Shown piece by piece: positions 46,158 through 59,252 of a stretch of 64,000 nt of DNA. Below the pieces are notes generated by a model. The model saw nothing but the letters and a program-made list of their open reading frames with translations. It had not been told where the DNA came from and ran no database searches. Made by a program: the position numbers and the translations under genes. How positions within the stretch are numbered: the stretch's first letter is position 1; every line of letters starts with the position of its first letter. The stretch lies in the NCBI RefSeq assembly GCF_056712565.1, contig NZ_CM160072.1. One strand, written 5' to 3'.

Positions 46158-47399
46158 GTGTTTCATTGCCCATTTCTGCTCATGCATCATCTACACATCT
46201 ATCCGGATCTGCGCACTATGTTCCGCCGTCTGCTTATCGCAACAATCGTCGGTATTCTTGCGGCCTTTGCCGTTGCCGGGTTTCGTCATGCGATGCTGCT
46301 ACTGGAGTGGCTGTTCCTCAATAATGACTCCGGCAGTCTGGTCAATGCAGCGACAAATCTTTCCCCGTGGCGACGGCTGCTAACCCCGGCGCTCGGCGGA
46401 CTGGCGGCGGGTTTGTTGCTGATGGGCTGGCAGAAATTTACCCAGCAACGCCCTCATGCGCCGACCGATTACATGGAAGCGTTGCAAACCGATGGTCAGT
46501 TTGATTACGCAGCAAGCCTGGTTAAATCGCTTGCCTCTCTACTGGTAGTAACCAGCGGCAGTGCAATTGGTCGCGAAGGTGCGATGATTCTTTTAGCTGC
46601 CCTTGCAGCCTCGTGTTTTGCCCAACGTCTTACGCCACGCCAGGAGTGGAAATTATGGATCGCCTGTGGAGCTGCGGCGGGAATGGCTGCGGCCTATCGC
46701 GCCCCGCTTGCTGGCAGTTTATTTATAGCCGAAGTGCTGTTTGGCACTATGATGTTGGCCTCTCTCGGCCCGGTGATTATTTCCGCCGTCGTGGCGTTGC
46801 TGGTTAGCAATCTTATTAATCATAGCGACGCATTACTCTACAGCGGACCACTGTTGTTAACGTTAATGAACGCCTGTCATCGTGGATTTGTGAGTCTCAA
46901 GCTTGCGCCGCCCTGGCAACTGGCACTGGGCGGGTTGATCGTGGGTCTGCTTTCCCTGTTCACACCTGCAGTGTGGGGCAACGGCTATAGCACCGTACAA
47001 TCCTTTTTAACCGCTCCGCCACTGTTAATGATCATTGCCGGGATCTTCCTCTGTAAACTGTGTGCCGTGCTGGCGAGTAGTGGTTCTGGCGCGCCCGGTG
47101 GTGTCTTTACACCGACGCTATTTATCGGTCTTGCCATTGGCATGTTGTATGGTCGTAGCCTGGGATTATGGTTACCTGATGGCGAAGAAATTACGCTTTT
47201 ACTCGGATTGACAGGGATGGCGACACTGTTGGCGGCGACCACGCACGCGCCGATTATGTCGACGTTGATGATATGTGAAATGACCGGGGAGTATCAGCTA
47301 CTCCCCGGTTTATTGATTGCCTGCGTAATTGCGTCGGTAATTTCGCGGACGTTACACCGTGACTCTATCTACCGCCAGCACACTGCGAAGCATAGCTAA
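46158..47399 (+). CDS. clcB: Voltage-gated ClC-type chloride channel ClcB; start uncertain (GTG 46158, ATG 46182 or ATG 46218)
   Basis: ClC-family membrane protein; 3' end overlaps convergent bioD2 by 48 bp. Confidence 0.85.
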   Translation: MFHCPFLLMHHLHIYPDLRTMFRRLLIATIVGILAAFAVAGFRHAMLLLEWLFLNNDSGSLVNAATNLSPWRRLLTPALGGLAAGLLLMGWQKFTQQRPHAPTDYMEALQTDGQFDYAASLVKSLASLLVVTSGSAIGREGAMILLAALAASCFAQRLTPRQEWKLWIACGAAAGMAAAYRAPLAGSLFIAEVLFGTMMLASLGPVIISAVVALLVSNLINHSDALLYSGPLLLTLMNACHRGFVSLKLAPPWQLALGGLIVGLLSLFTPAVWGNGYSTVQSFLTAPPLLMIIAGIFLCKLCAVLASSGSGAPGGVFTPTLFIGLAIGMLYGRSLGLWLPDGEEITLLLGLTGMATLLAATTHAPIMSTLMICEMTGEYQLLPGLLIACVIASVISRTLHRDSIYRQHTAKHS

Positions 47400-48047
47400 G
47401 CGGATGTATTGCCCCAGTTCACGCTGTTCGGCGCGCGGCAGATAAGGCAGTTCACCAATGAGCGGTGCCGGAAGTTTTTTACCGAGCACATCAATGATTT
47501 CCGCATAATGCGCCAGTCCTGGGTTGATTCGGTTAGCCACCCAGCCAATGAGCGGCAGCCCGTCGTTGGCAATCGCCTGAGCTGTTAGCAGTGCATGGTT
47601 AATGCAACCTTCCTGAATACCGACAACCATCAACACCGGCAGTTGTTCCTGCACCACCCATTCAGAGAGCGGACGCAAATCATTCATCAGACTGCGCCAG
47701 CCGCCAGTCCCTTCTACCACGACATGATCGACTTTATCGGTCAGGTTTGCCAGGCCGTTTGAAATGAGGGTGTAATTGATTGGGCAACTGTGCGCCACGC
47801 TACTTTCTTCTTCGCTTAACGCGATAGGATTAACTGCTTCATAAGGCAGTTCGATGGTTGAAACACTCTGCAACACCAGGGCATCTTTATTACGCAGCCC
47901 TTCGGGTGTCTCTTTGCTCCCCTTCGCTACGGGTTTATATCCCGCAACCGTTTTTCCCTGGGAGGCTAACGCTTGTAGCAATGCGCGGGAAACCACCGTT
48001 TTCCCTACAGAAGTGTCTGTACCGGTAATAAAGAAACGCTTCAGCAT
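47352..48047 (-). CDS. bioD2: Dethiobiotin synthetase paralogue BioD2 (YnfK), 231 aa
   Basis: P-loop GTDTSVGKT; start MLKRFFITG. Confidence 0.85.
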   Translation of the reverse strand: MLKRFFITGTDTSVGKTVVSRALLQALASQGKTVAGYKPVAKGSKETPEGLRNKDALVLQSVSTIELPYEAVNPIALSEEESSVAHSCPINYTLISNGLANLTDKVDHVVVEGTGGWRSLMNDLRPLSEWVVQEQLPVLMVVGIQEGCINHALLTAQAIANDGLPLIGWVANRINPGLAHYAEIIDVLGKKLPAPLIGELPYLPRAEQRELGQYIRLAMLRSVLAVDRVTV

Positions 48048-48171
48048 CACTAACTCCACCGTTATGCTTCACAAATATAAACCAGGAAAATAATTAACCT
48101 TGAAAGTCTAAGTTATGCTTTCCTGGCCCAAATTGAGATAGCGCAAATTTTGGTAGAACAGTTAAAAAATG

Positions 48172-49390
48172 TTAACCCTGCAACAGACGAATCAACAAAG
48201 AACCGTTATACATCGCGTCTTTTACCAGCGCAGCGCCTGCCATCGTGCCCTGGTTAGAAAACTGAGTACTCTCAACGCTAATGTGCTGACTATACGCAGG
48301 AAGGGCCTGCTGACGGATGCTGTCCGAGATAACTGGGAAGAGGATATCTGCCGCTTTACTTAACGGTGAGCCAATCAGTATTTTTTGTGGGTTAAAAATT
48401 CACCATGATGGCAAGAATGCGACCGACATGCGCGCCTACCCCGGTAATGATGTCTTTTGCCAGTAGATCGCCGCGCAATGCCGCCTGACACAATGAGTCC
48501 ACGGTTAACGGTTGTCCATGTAACATCGAGCTCATGGATTGATTGAGACGCAGCTGTGCCAGCTCAAGAATACTGTCCACACTGGCGATGGTTTCGAGGC
48601 AACCGTGATTCCCGCAATAACAGCGTTTCCCATACGGGTCGACCTGTGTGTGGCCTATTTCCACGAGGCTACTGCTGCCTGCGTGTAGCAGATGACCATC
48701 GGTAATGACGCCCGCCCCCACGTTGTGATCGATAACCACCTGAATCACATCGCGCGCCCCGCGTGAGGCACCAAACAAGGCCTCAGCCATCGTCCATGCG
48801 CTGATATCATGCTGAATATAAACCGGTACGCCGGTATGCTGCTCCAGCGCCTCGCCGAGCGGCATCTCTTTTACATCCTCGTAGAACGGCATGCGATGTA
48901 CAATACCATTTTCCGTATCAATAATTCCCGGCAAGGTTATGGCAATCGAAGTCAGACGCTCAAGTTTTTTCTGGTGGCGGATAAAAAACTGATCGATATG
49001 GGAAATGATACGATCCAGCAATGGCGAGTCATCTTTTAACGCCAGTTCCTGCGACTCCTCCACTACCAGTTTGCTGCTCAGATCGCGCAAAGCAAGGAAA
49101 ATCTCCCCGCGACTAATGCGCAGAGAAAGATAGTGCCAGGCTTCAGTTTCAACCACCAGCCCCACTGCCGGACGGCCACGGTTCCCCGCTTCTTTGATTT
49201 CCAGCTCTTGCACCAGGTGTGCTTCGAGCATCTCACGGACAATTTTAGTGATACTGGCAGGAGCCAGTTGCGCCAGACGGGAAAGATCGATACGCGAGAC
49301 TGGACCAAGCTGATCAATCAGGCGATAAACCGCGCCCGCGTTGGTCTGCTTTATTTGATCAATGTGCCCAGGCTGATTTTCAGCAACCAC
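48172..49390 (-). pseudogene. mlc: mlc (dgsA) global PTS repressor, frameshifted: 332-codon N-terminal ORF (48392-49390) plus intact out-of-frame C-terminal 73 codons (48172-48393)
   Basis: N-frame ends ...GRILAIMVNF-stop; the adjacent frame reads NPQKILIGSPLSK...LLIRLLQG-stop, matching the Mlc C-terminus; junction is the T-run at 48392-48397; 331+2+73=406 codons points to a 2-bp deletion. Confidence 0.8.
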
Positions 49391-49403
49391 CGCATACTCC
49401 CTA

Positions 49404-49424
49404 TATTTTCGCGCTCCGAAATAA
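49404..49424. promoter_or_regulatory. Palindrome TATTTTCG-N5-CGAAATAA 14-34 nt upstream of the mlc start; candidate Mlc auto-operator
   Basis: 8-bp arms seen in sequence; Mlc/NagC-type AT-rich arms with a CG core; assignment is inference. Confidence 0.4.
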
Positions 49425-49524
49425 TCTGTAGGCTATGGTGAAGCACTTCAATACGTGTCGTCAAATTTTTACTTAGGCATGTGATTAACAGCACATTTTT
49501 CGGGCTTTTTCGCTGAAATTTCCC

Positions 49525-50418
49525 TCACCTGAGAGCATTCAGCAGATGAATACGAAAGTTACGCGCAGCCGGACTTTGTTCATGATGTTTCGGCCAGACC
49601 AACCACATTTCAGAAACCGCATCCTCTTCAGCAATCGGCACCCAGCGCATTTCGTTGAGCTGAACACGTTTAAATGACGCAGGCAAAATTGAAACACCCA
49701 GACCAGCGGAAACCAGACCGATGATGGTCATTGCCTCACCCACCTCCTGAGTGATGACGGGCGTCAAATTGTAACGTCTCATCAGCCCGAGAATATCGTC
49801 ATACAGCCCTGTTCCGACGTGCGGATCAAAAAAGACAAAGGGTTCTTTCGCCAGTTCAGCCAGCGTTACACTCGGGTTATTTGCCAGGGGATGATCGTGC
49901 GGGATCATCGCCATAAGCGGTTCATGGACGATGACTGCGTGTTCAAGCGTCTCCGGTAACGCTGTGTTACGCAGCAATCCCATATCCAGCGTTCCTTCAA
50001 TGAGCGGAGCGATTTGCTCGCGAGTGTTCATTTCGCGGGTTTGTAAATGGACATCGGGATAATCACGGCGAAACAGCGATAACGTATCGGACACCGCCCG
50101 AATAAAAGGAGCGGACGAAGTAAAACCAATGCGCAACTCCCCCGCTTCGCCCTGATGCAGCCTTTCAGCGCGAGCGGCAGCATCATCCACCATAGACAGG
50201 ATTTGCCGACTATCTACAAGAAACTGTTTTCCTGCTTCCGTCAGCAATACACTGCGATTGGTCCGTGCCAGCAGTCGGGCACCAATTTGTTGCTCCAGCG
50301 CCTGAATCTGCTGACTTAGCGGTGGTTGCGAAATATTCAGGCGGGCAGCGGCACGCCCGAAATGCAGCTCTTCTGCAACAGCGACAAAGTAACGCAGATG
50401 ACGAAGTTCAAGATTCAT
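49525..50418 (-). CDS. ynfL: LysR-type regulator YnfL, 297 aa
   Basis: LysR HTH; divergent from ynfM. Confidence 0.85.
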   Translation of the reverse strand: MNLELRHLRYFVAVAEELHFGRAAARLNISQPPLSQQIQALEQQIGARLLARTNRSVLLTEAGKQFLVDSRQILSMVDDAAARAERLHQGEAGELRIGFTSSAPFIRAVSDTLSLFRRDYPDVHLQTREMNTREQIAPLIEGTLDMGLLRNTALPETLEHAVIVHEPLMAMIPHDHPLANNPSVTLAELAKEPFVFFDPHVGTGLYDDILGLMRRYNLTPVITQEVGEAMTIIGLVSAGLGVSILPASFKRVQLNEMRWVPIAEEDAVSEMWLVWPKHHEQSPAARNFRIHLLNALR

Positions 50419-50524
50419 ATTTAAAACATCTTATTTGAGATTATTAATATATTAGACAGAACAATTCGATTTTCCTAATCTATTCATAAGCCTGATCCAC
50501 AGGCATATTTAGCAAGGATTTCAA

Positions 50525-51778
50525 GTGAGCCGTACTACAACTGTTGATGGCGCTCCGGCAAGCGACACTGACAAGCAAAGCATTTCTCAGTCAAATCAAT
50601 TTATTAAACGCGGTACGCCGCAATTTATGCGCGTCACCCTGGCGCTTTTCTCTGCCGGACTGGCAACTTTCGCACTTCTCTATTGTGTGCAACCTATCCT
50701 TCCGGTGCTTTCACAAGAGTTTGGCTTAACGCCCGCGAACAGTAGTATTTCACTGTCCATTTCAACGGCGATGTTGGCTATCGGTTTGCTGTTTACTGGC
50801 CCGCTATCCGATGCCATTGGTCGCAAACCAGTGATGGTCACGGCGCTACTGTTGGCCTCCATTTGTACGTTACTTTCGACAATGATGACCAGCTGGCACG
50901 GCATTTTGATTATGCGCGCCTTGATTGGGCTTTCGTTAAGTGGCGTGGCAGCCGTTGGCATGACTTATCTTAGCGAGGAAATCCACCCCAGTTTCGTGGC
51001 CTTTTCAATGGGGTTGTATATCAGCGGCAACTCAATTGGCGGCATGAGCGGACGCTTAATTAGCGGTGTCTTCACGGACTTTTTTAACTGGCGAATTGCT
51101 CTGGCGGCAATCGGTTGTTTCGCGTTGGCCTCGGCGTTGATGTTCTGGAAAATCCTCCCTGAATCACGCCATTTTCGCCCGACTTCGCTGCGCCCTAAGA
51201 CGTTATTCATCAACTTTCGTCTGCACTGGCGTGACCGGGGATTACCGTTATTGTTCGCAGAAGGCTTTTTGCTGATGGGGTCGTTCGTCACGCTGTTTAA
51301 TTACATCGGCTATAGGTTGATGCTTTCCCCCTGGCATGTCAGTCAGGCCGTGGTTGGCTTATTATCGCTGGCTTATTTGACCGGTACATGGAGCTCACCC
51401 AAAGCCGGAACCATGACCACCCGCTATGGACGCGGTCCGGTGATGTTGTTTTCGACGGGGGTTATGCTGTTTGGTTTACTGATGACCTTATTCAGCTCGC
51501 TGTGGCTGATCTTTGCCGGAATGTTACTCTTCTCAGCCGGATTCTTCGCAGCCCACTCCGTTGCCAGCAGCTGGATCGGCCCCCGCGCAAAACGCGCTAA
51601 AGGCCAGGCCTCCTCGCTGTATCTGTTCAGTTACTATCTGGGGTCGAGTATTGCCGGGACGCTGGGTGGTGTTTTCTGGCATAACTATGGCTGGAACGGC
51701 GTCGGCGCATTTATTGCTCTGATGCTGGTCATTGCTCTGCTGGTCGGGACGCGTTTGCATCATCGTCTGCACGCCTGA
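50525..51778 (+). CDS. ynfM: MFS transporter YnfM, 417 aa
   Basis: Full-length MFS protein. Confidence 0.85.
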   Translation: MSRTTTVDGAPASDTDKQSISQSNQFIKRGTPQFMRVTLALFSAGLATFALLYCVQPILPVLSQEFGLTPANSSISLSISTAMLAIGLLFTGPLSDAIGRKPVMVTALLLASICTLLSTMMTSWHGILIMRALIGLSLSGVAAVGMTYLSEEIHPSFVAFSMGLYISGNSIGGMSGRLISGVFTDFFNWRIALAAIGCFALASALMFWKILPESRHFRPTSLRPKTLFINFRLHWRDRGLPLLFAEGFLLMGSFVTLFNYIGYRLMLSPWHVSQAVVGLLSLAYLTGTWSSPKAGTMTTRYGRGPVMLFSTGVMLFGLLMTLFSSLWLIFAGMLLFSAGFFAAHSVASSWIGPRAKRAKGQASSLYLFSYYLGSSIAGTLGGVFWHNYGWNGVGAFIALMLVIALLVGTRLHHRLHA

Positions 51779-52085
51779 AAAAATAAGTCCGGACTGAGGT
51801 AAATACCCGTCCGGACTTATTGCCTGCTCAAACCAACGTTAATAGCCATCCTAAAATAGACGAAGCGCCAGCCAATTCCCGCAGCGCATCTAGCGTCATC
51901 AGGATTATAAGTACCCAAATAAACGGATTCATTTTGCTGTGTGTCATTTATTACTGATGCGCAGTTATTCTACCGCTTTGTAAGTAGTAAAATAGTTAAC
52001 ACGATCAAGACTACTATTATTGGTAGCTAAATTTTCCTTAAGTCACAATACGTTATTATCAACGCTGTAATTTATTCAGCGTTTG

Positions 52086-52099
52086 TACATATCGTTACA
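52086..52099 (+). promoter_or_regulatory. RstA box TACATATCGTTACA upstream of asr
   Basis: Exact match to the tandem TACA-N6-TACA RstA consensus, ~105 nt upstream of the asr start. Confidence 0.5.
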
Positions 52100-52202
52100 C
52101 GCTGAAACCAACCACTCACGGAAGTCTGCCATTCCCAGGGATATAGTTATTTCAACGGCCCCGCAGTGGGGTTAAATGAAAAAACAAATTGAGGGTATGA
52201 CA

Positions 52203-52511
52203 ATGAAAAAAGTATTAGCTCTGGTTGTTGCCGCTGCTATGGGTCTGTCTTCTGCTGCCTTTGCTGCAGAGACTGCGACCACACCTGCTCCGACTGCGAC
52301 GACCACCAAAGCAGCGCCTGCGAAAACCACACATCATAAAAAACAGCATAAAGCAGCACCTGCCCAGAAAGCGCAGGCGGCTAAAAAGCATCATAAAAAT
52401 GCCAAAGCTGAACAGAAAGCTCCTGAACAAAAAGCGCAGGCAGCGAAGAAACACGCCAAGAAACACAGCCATCAGCAACCGGCAAAACCTGCTGCACAAC
52501 CCGCAGCGTAA
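52203..52511 (+). CDS. asr: Acid shock protein Asr, 102 aa
   Basis: [21 protein letters not shown] signal peptide; Lys/Ala/His/Gln-rich repeats. Confidence 0.9.
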   Translation: MKKVLALVVAAAMGLSSAAFAAETATTPAPTATTTKAAPAKTTHHKKQHKAAPAQKAQAAKKHHKNAKAEQKAPEQKAQAAKKHAKKHSHQQPAKPAAQPAA

Positions 52512-52603
52512 GTTTTCAACAGTAATGCTGGCGCGCCCCCTCGCGCCTGAAAATTACGGTGCTAAGCGGGTAACGTTTAGCACCGCCTTTAGCGGAGGGT
52601 AGT

Positions 52604-52687
52604 ATGGTGGGCCGTTATCGCTTTGAGTTCATTCTTATCATCCTTATTTTATGCGCACTGATTGCCGCCCGTTTTTATCTTTCCTGA
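52604..52687 (+). CDS. ydgU: Small hydrophobic protein, 27 aa (MVGRYRFEFILIILILCALIAARFYLS), consistent with YdgU
   Basis: Hand-translated ORF with GGAGGG Shine-Dalgarno; single TM helix; identity recalled, not verified. Confidence 0.45.
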   Translation: MVGRYRFEFILIILILCALIAARFYLS

Positions 52688-52786
52688 TCGTAGTTATCTG
52701 ATTTTACTCCCACTTTCATCCCGTCCCGTCTATAGTATTTATGAGGGTTTGCTTTTAATAATCATAATTACCCACCAGAGTGTGAT

Positions 52787-53608
52787 ATGCGTACAACCAT
52801 TGCTGTAGTGTTGGGTGCAATTAGTTTGACGTCTGCTTTTGTGTTTGCAGATAAACCAGACGTTGCCAAATCGGCAAACGATGAGGTCAGCACCCTGTTT
52901 TTTGGTCATGATGATCGTGTGCCAGTGAATGACACGACCCAATCACCGTGGGATGCGGTTGGCCAACTGGAAACGGCCAGCGGCAATTTATGTACGGCGA
53001 CGCTGATTGCACCCAATCTGGCATTAACGGCAGGACACTGTTTATTGACGCCGCCAAAGGGTAAAGCCGATAAAGCGGTAGCGCTGCGTTTCGTGTCAAA
53101 TAAAGGTCTTTGGCGCTATGAGATCCACGACATAGAAGGCCGCGTTGATCCGACACTGGGAAAGCGGTTAAAAGCAGATGGGGATGGCTGGATTGTACCT
53201 CCCGCAGCTGCGCCCTGGGACTTCGGTTTGATTGTGCTACGTAATCCCCCTTCTGGCATTACACCGTTGCCGTTATTTGAGGGAGATAAAGCCGCGCTTA
53301 CCGCCGCATTAAAAGCGGCTGGTCGTAAAGTGACTCAGGCGGGCTACCCTGAAGATCATCTCGATACGTTGTACAGTCATCAAAACTGTGAAGTGACTGG
53401 CTGGGCGCAAACGTCGGTGATGTCGCATCAGTGCGATACCTTGCCGGGTGACAGCGGTTCGCCTCTGATGTTGCATACCGATGACGGCTGGCAATTAATT
53501 GGGGTGCAAAGCTCGGCTCCTGCCGCGAAAGATCGCTGGCGCGCCGATAACCGGGCCATTTCTGTTACCGGTTTTCGCGACAAGCTGGATCAACTGTCGC
53601 AAAAATAA
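52787..53608 (+). CDS. ydgD: Trypsin-like serine protease YdgD, 273 aa
   Basis: Signal peptide; TAGHC and GDSGSP catalytic motifs. Confidence 0.85.
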   Translation: MRTTIAVVLGAISLTSAFVFADKPDVAKSANDEVSTLFFGHDDRVPVNDTTQSPWDAVGQLETASGNLCTATLIAPNLALTAGHCLLTPPKGKADKAVALRFVSNKGLWRYEIHDIEGRVDPTLGKRLKADGDGWIVPPAAAPWDFGLIVLRNPPSGITPLPLFEGDKAALTAALKAAGRKVTQAGYPEDHLDTLYSHQNCEVTGWAQTSVMSHQCDTLPGDSGSPLMLHTDDGWQLIGVQSSAPAAKDRWRADNRAISVTGFRDKLDQLSQK

Positions 53609-53616
53609 TGTTCAAA

Positions 53617-53640
53617 CGCTGCCCGACAGCGCGGGCAGCG
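53617..53640. terminator. Bidirectional hairpin between ydgD and mdtI
   Basis: cgctgccc/gggcagcg stem. Confidence 0.55.
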
Positions 53641-53646
53641 TGTTCA

Positions 53647-53976
53647 TCAGGCAAGTTTCACCATGATCATTCCAGCCAACAGCAGCACCAGGCCAATCCA
53701 GCCTTTACGATTTAACCTTTGACCAAACAAGATCCAACCTGCGGCTAACGTGGCGGCAATACCAAACCCGCCCCACAATGCATAAGCGACAGACAAGTCG
53801 ATCCCTTTAACGGCCTGAGAAAGCGCACTAAAGGCAGCCAGCACCGCCGCCAGAGAGAGCAAGCCAAATATTTTGCGACGAAAGCCGTCAGAAAATTTCA
53901 AAAAGACGTTAGCAACGATTTCCAGCACGATTGCCAATGCCAGCCAGGCGGCGTGAACCCATTCAAACTGCGCCAT
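53647..53976 (-). CDS. mdtI: Spermidine export protein MdtI (SMR family), 109 aa
   Basis: Four-TM SMR protein; overlaps mdtJ by 14 nt. Confidence 0.9.
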
Positions 53977-54328
53977 GGTTCACCTCCAGTTCAGGTTTAC
54001 GCGCTTTACGGGTACCTGACTTGATCAACACAATCCCGGCCACCAGGGTGGTTAACCCGGCAATTTTCATCAGCGATAAACTTTCGTCGAATAACAAAAC
54101 GCTAAACAAGGTAATAAATAAAATACCGATACCTTCCCACAGCGCATAAGCTACGCCTAAGGCGATTTTTTTAACGGCGAAAGAGAGAAATATATACGAC
54201 AGAGAAATCATCACCAGCATTAAAATAAAGCCGCCATTTCCCTCACTGACGCTCGCCCATTTCATTGACAGCGTACCGGTAATTTCCGTAGCAATAGCCA
54301 GACCTAATAAAATCCAATAAATATACAT
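53963..54328 (-). CDS. mdtJ: Spermidine export protein MdtJ (SMR family), 121 aa
   Basis: Four-TM SMR protein. Confidence 0.9.
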
Positions 54329-54738
54329 TATCCTTCTCCTGCAAGAGAATTATTTTAATTTTCGCTTAATTCAGCGAAACCAAAGTAAAGTGATCAAGCC
54401 CCGCGCATAGCGCAAGCTTAGGCAGAAGAAAGGACTAAAGCGCGTTGCGCCAGTGCTGCTCACCTACGAGCAAGATAGTGGATGAGGTACGAAGATGGGT
54501 AAATGTAGAAAATAACGTCCTGAACAAATTGTCCATAATATTACAATTATCCGCAGTGTTGCTTCTCGTCCTCGCGGATGATAATTGTCCTCGGTAGTTG
54601 AACACGCCTGATTTGTATCACAGCTTAAGAATTAACTCAAAATATTTTCACTTCTTTACCTGAGCGGTTTGATTTTCGTTATGATGACGGAGCGGAAAAG
54701 ACATTATTATTAGCAAAGAAGAAAAAACGGGGACAAGC

Positions 54739-55773
54739 ATGGCAAAGCCGATCATCACGCTCAATGGCCTAAAAATCGTCATTATGTTGGGAATGCTGGT
54801 CATTATTCTCTGCGGTATCCGTTTTGCCGCCGAGATCATCGTGCCGTTTATTCTCGCATTATTTATTGCTGTTATTCTTAACCCGCTGGTGCAACACATG
54901 GTCCGCTGGCGTGTGCCGCGTGTACTGGCAGTGTCAATTTTGATGACCATCATCGTGATGGCGATGGTGTTGCTGTTAGCTTATCTGGGTTCCGCGCTCA
55001 ATGAGTTGACGCGGACGTTACCGCAATATCGCAACTCTATTATGACGCCGCTGCAAGCGATTGAACCGTTGTTGCAACGCGTAGGGATTGATGTCTCAGT
55101 TGACCAACTGGCGCATTACATTGATCCGAACGCGGCGATGACGTTGCTCACCAACTTATTGACGCAGTTATCTAATGCCATGTCATCAATATTTTTATTG
55201 CTGCTGACGGTGCTGTTTATGTTGCTCGAAGTGCCACAATTGCCCGGAAAATTTCAGCAAATGATGGCGCGTCCGGTTGAAGGGATGGCGGCGATTCAGC
55301 GTGCGATTGACAGTGTGTCTCATTATCTGGTGCTGAAAACAGCCATCAGCATCATCACCGGCCTGGTCGCCTGGGCGATGCTCGCCGCACTCGATGTTCG
55401 CTTCGCTTTTGTCTGGGGATTGCTGGCCTTTGCGCTTAATTACATCCCGAATATTGGTTCAGTTCTCGCGGCAATCCCCCCTATCGCTCAGGTACTGGTG
55501 TTTAATGGCTTCTACGAAGCGTTGCTGGTGCTGGCGGGATATCTGCTGATTAATCTGGTCTTCGGCAATATTCTGGAGCCACGCATCATGGGGCGTGGGC
55601 TGGGGCTTTCCACATTGGTGGTATTTTTGTCGTTGATTTTTTGGGGATGGTTGTTAGGACCGGTGGGTATGCTGCTTTCCGTGCCGTTGACAATTATTGT
55701 CAAAATTGCGCTTGAACAAACAGCGGGAGGTCAAAGCATCGCCGTTCTGTTAAGCGATCTCAATAAAGAGTGA
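54739..55773 (+). CDS. tqsA: AI-2 transport protein TqsA (YdgG), 344 aa
   Basis: AI-2E family membrane protein; full length. Confidence 0.9.
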   Translation: MAKPIITLNGLKIVIMLGMLVIILCGIRFAAEIIVPFILALFIAVILNPLVQHMVRWRVPRVLAVSILMTIIVMAMVLLLAYLGSALNELTRTLPQYRNSIMTPLQAIEPLLQRVGIDVSVDQLAHYIDPNAAMTLLTNLLTQLSNAMSSIFLLLLTVLFMLLEVPQLPGKFQQMMARPVEGMAAIQRAIDSVSHYLVLKTAISIITGLVAWAMLAALDVRFAFVWGLLAFALNYIPNIGSVLAAIPPIAQVLVFNGFYEALLVLAGYLLINLVFGNILEPRIMGRGLGLSTLVVFLSLIFWGWLLGPVGMLLSVPLTIIVKIALEQTAGGQSIAVLLSDLNKE

Positions 55774-55794
55774 CGGCCTCCGCAGAGGCCGTCA
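55771..55794. terminator. Palindromic hairpin between tqsA and convergent pntB
   Basis: Perfect tgacggcctc/gaggccgtca stem. Confidence 0.5.
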
Positions 55795-55797
55795 GGG

Positions 55798-57189
<1,392 letters not shown>

Positions 57190-57196
57190 TTACCCC

Positions 57197-58792
<1,596 letters not shown>

Positions 58793-59252
58793 TCATGTAC
58801 GAGCTAAATGTTACTCCGTTAAAATAAATTAGTAACAAACGCCCTATAACGTACTGAAAATTATGCCTGTGATCTAGCGCCAAAAATCAGTATTTCGGCG
58901 TGAACTCGCAAAATATTAACGATTCAGCCGTGATAGTGGGATAAACACCTTAGAACGCCGGATAAAGACTGATAATTGTCTTCGGCGGCCGGGTAAAACG
59001 AGACATCGCCCCGGCACAAATCACTACTTAACATTAAATTAACTTATACAATTCAGTTGCTTCAGTAGTATTGATGGTGATACGGCTGTTTTTTAAGCAT
59101 AGACGGTCATTTGAGCAGAATTAAAATTGGTTTAAGGAATGTGATATGAAAAATGACGCAGACAGTTACACCGTTTAAATGCAATAATCAGCCACGTTTC
59201 TCGTTAATAACAATACCAGTACCTGGTTTGCGCAAGGCGAAGGATTATTTTT

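Noticed and set aside
48169-48363. 64-codon plus-strand ORF in the ORF track
   Set aside because: Lies antisense to the region that encodes the Mlc C-terminus in the correct minus-strand frame; it is an artefact of the mlc frameshift, not a gene.
52215-52602. Two ORFs (94 and 125 codons) overlapping asr
   Set aside because: Alternative-frame readings of the low-complexity asr repeats; asr itself is well supported.
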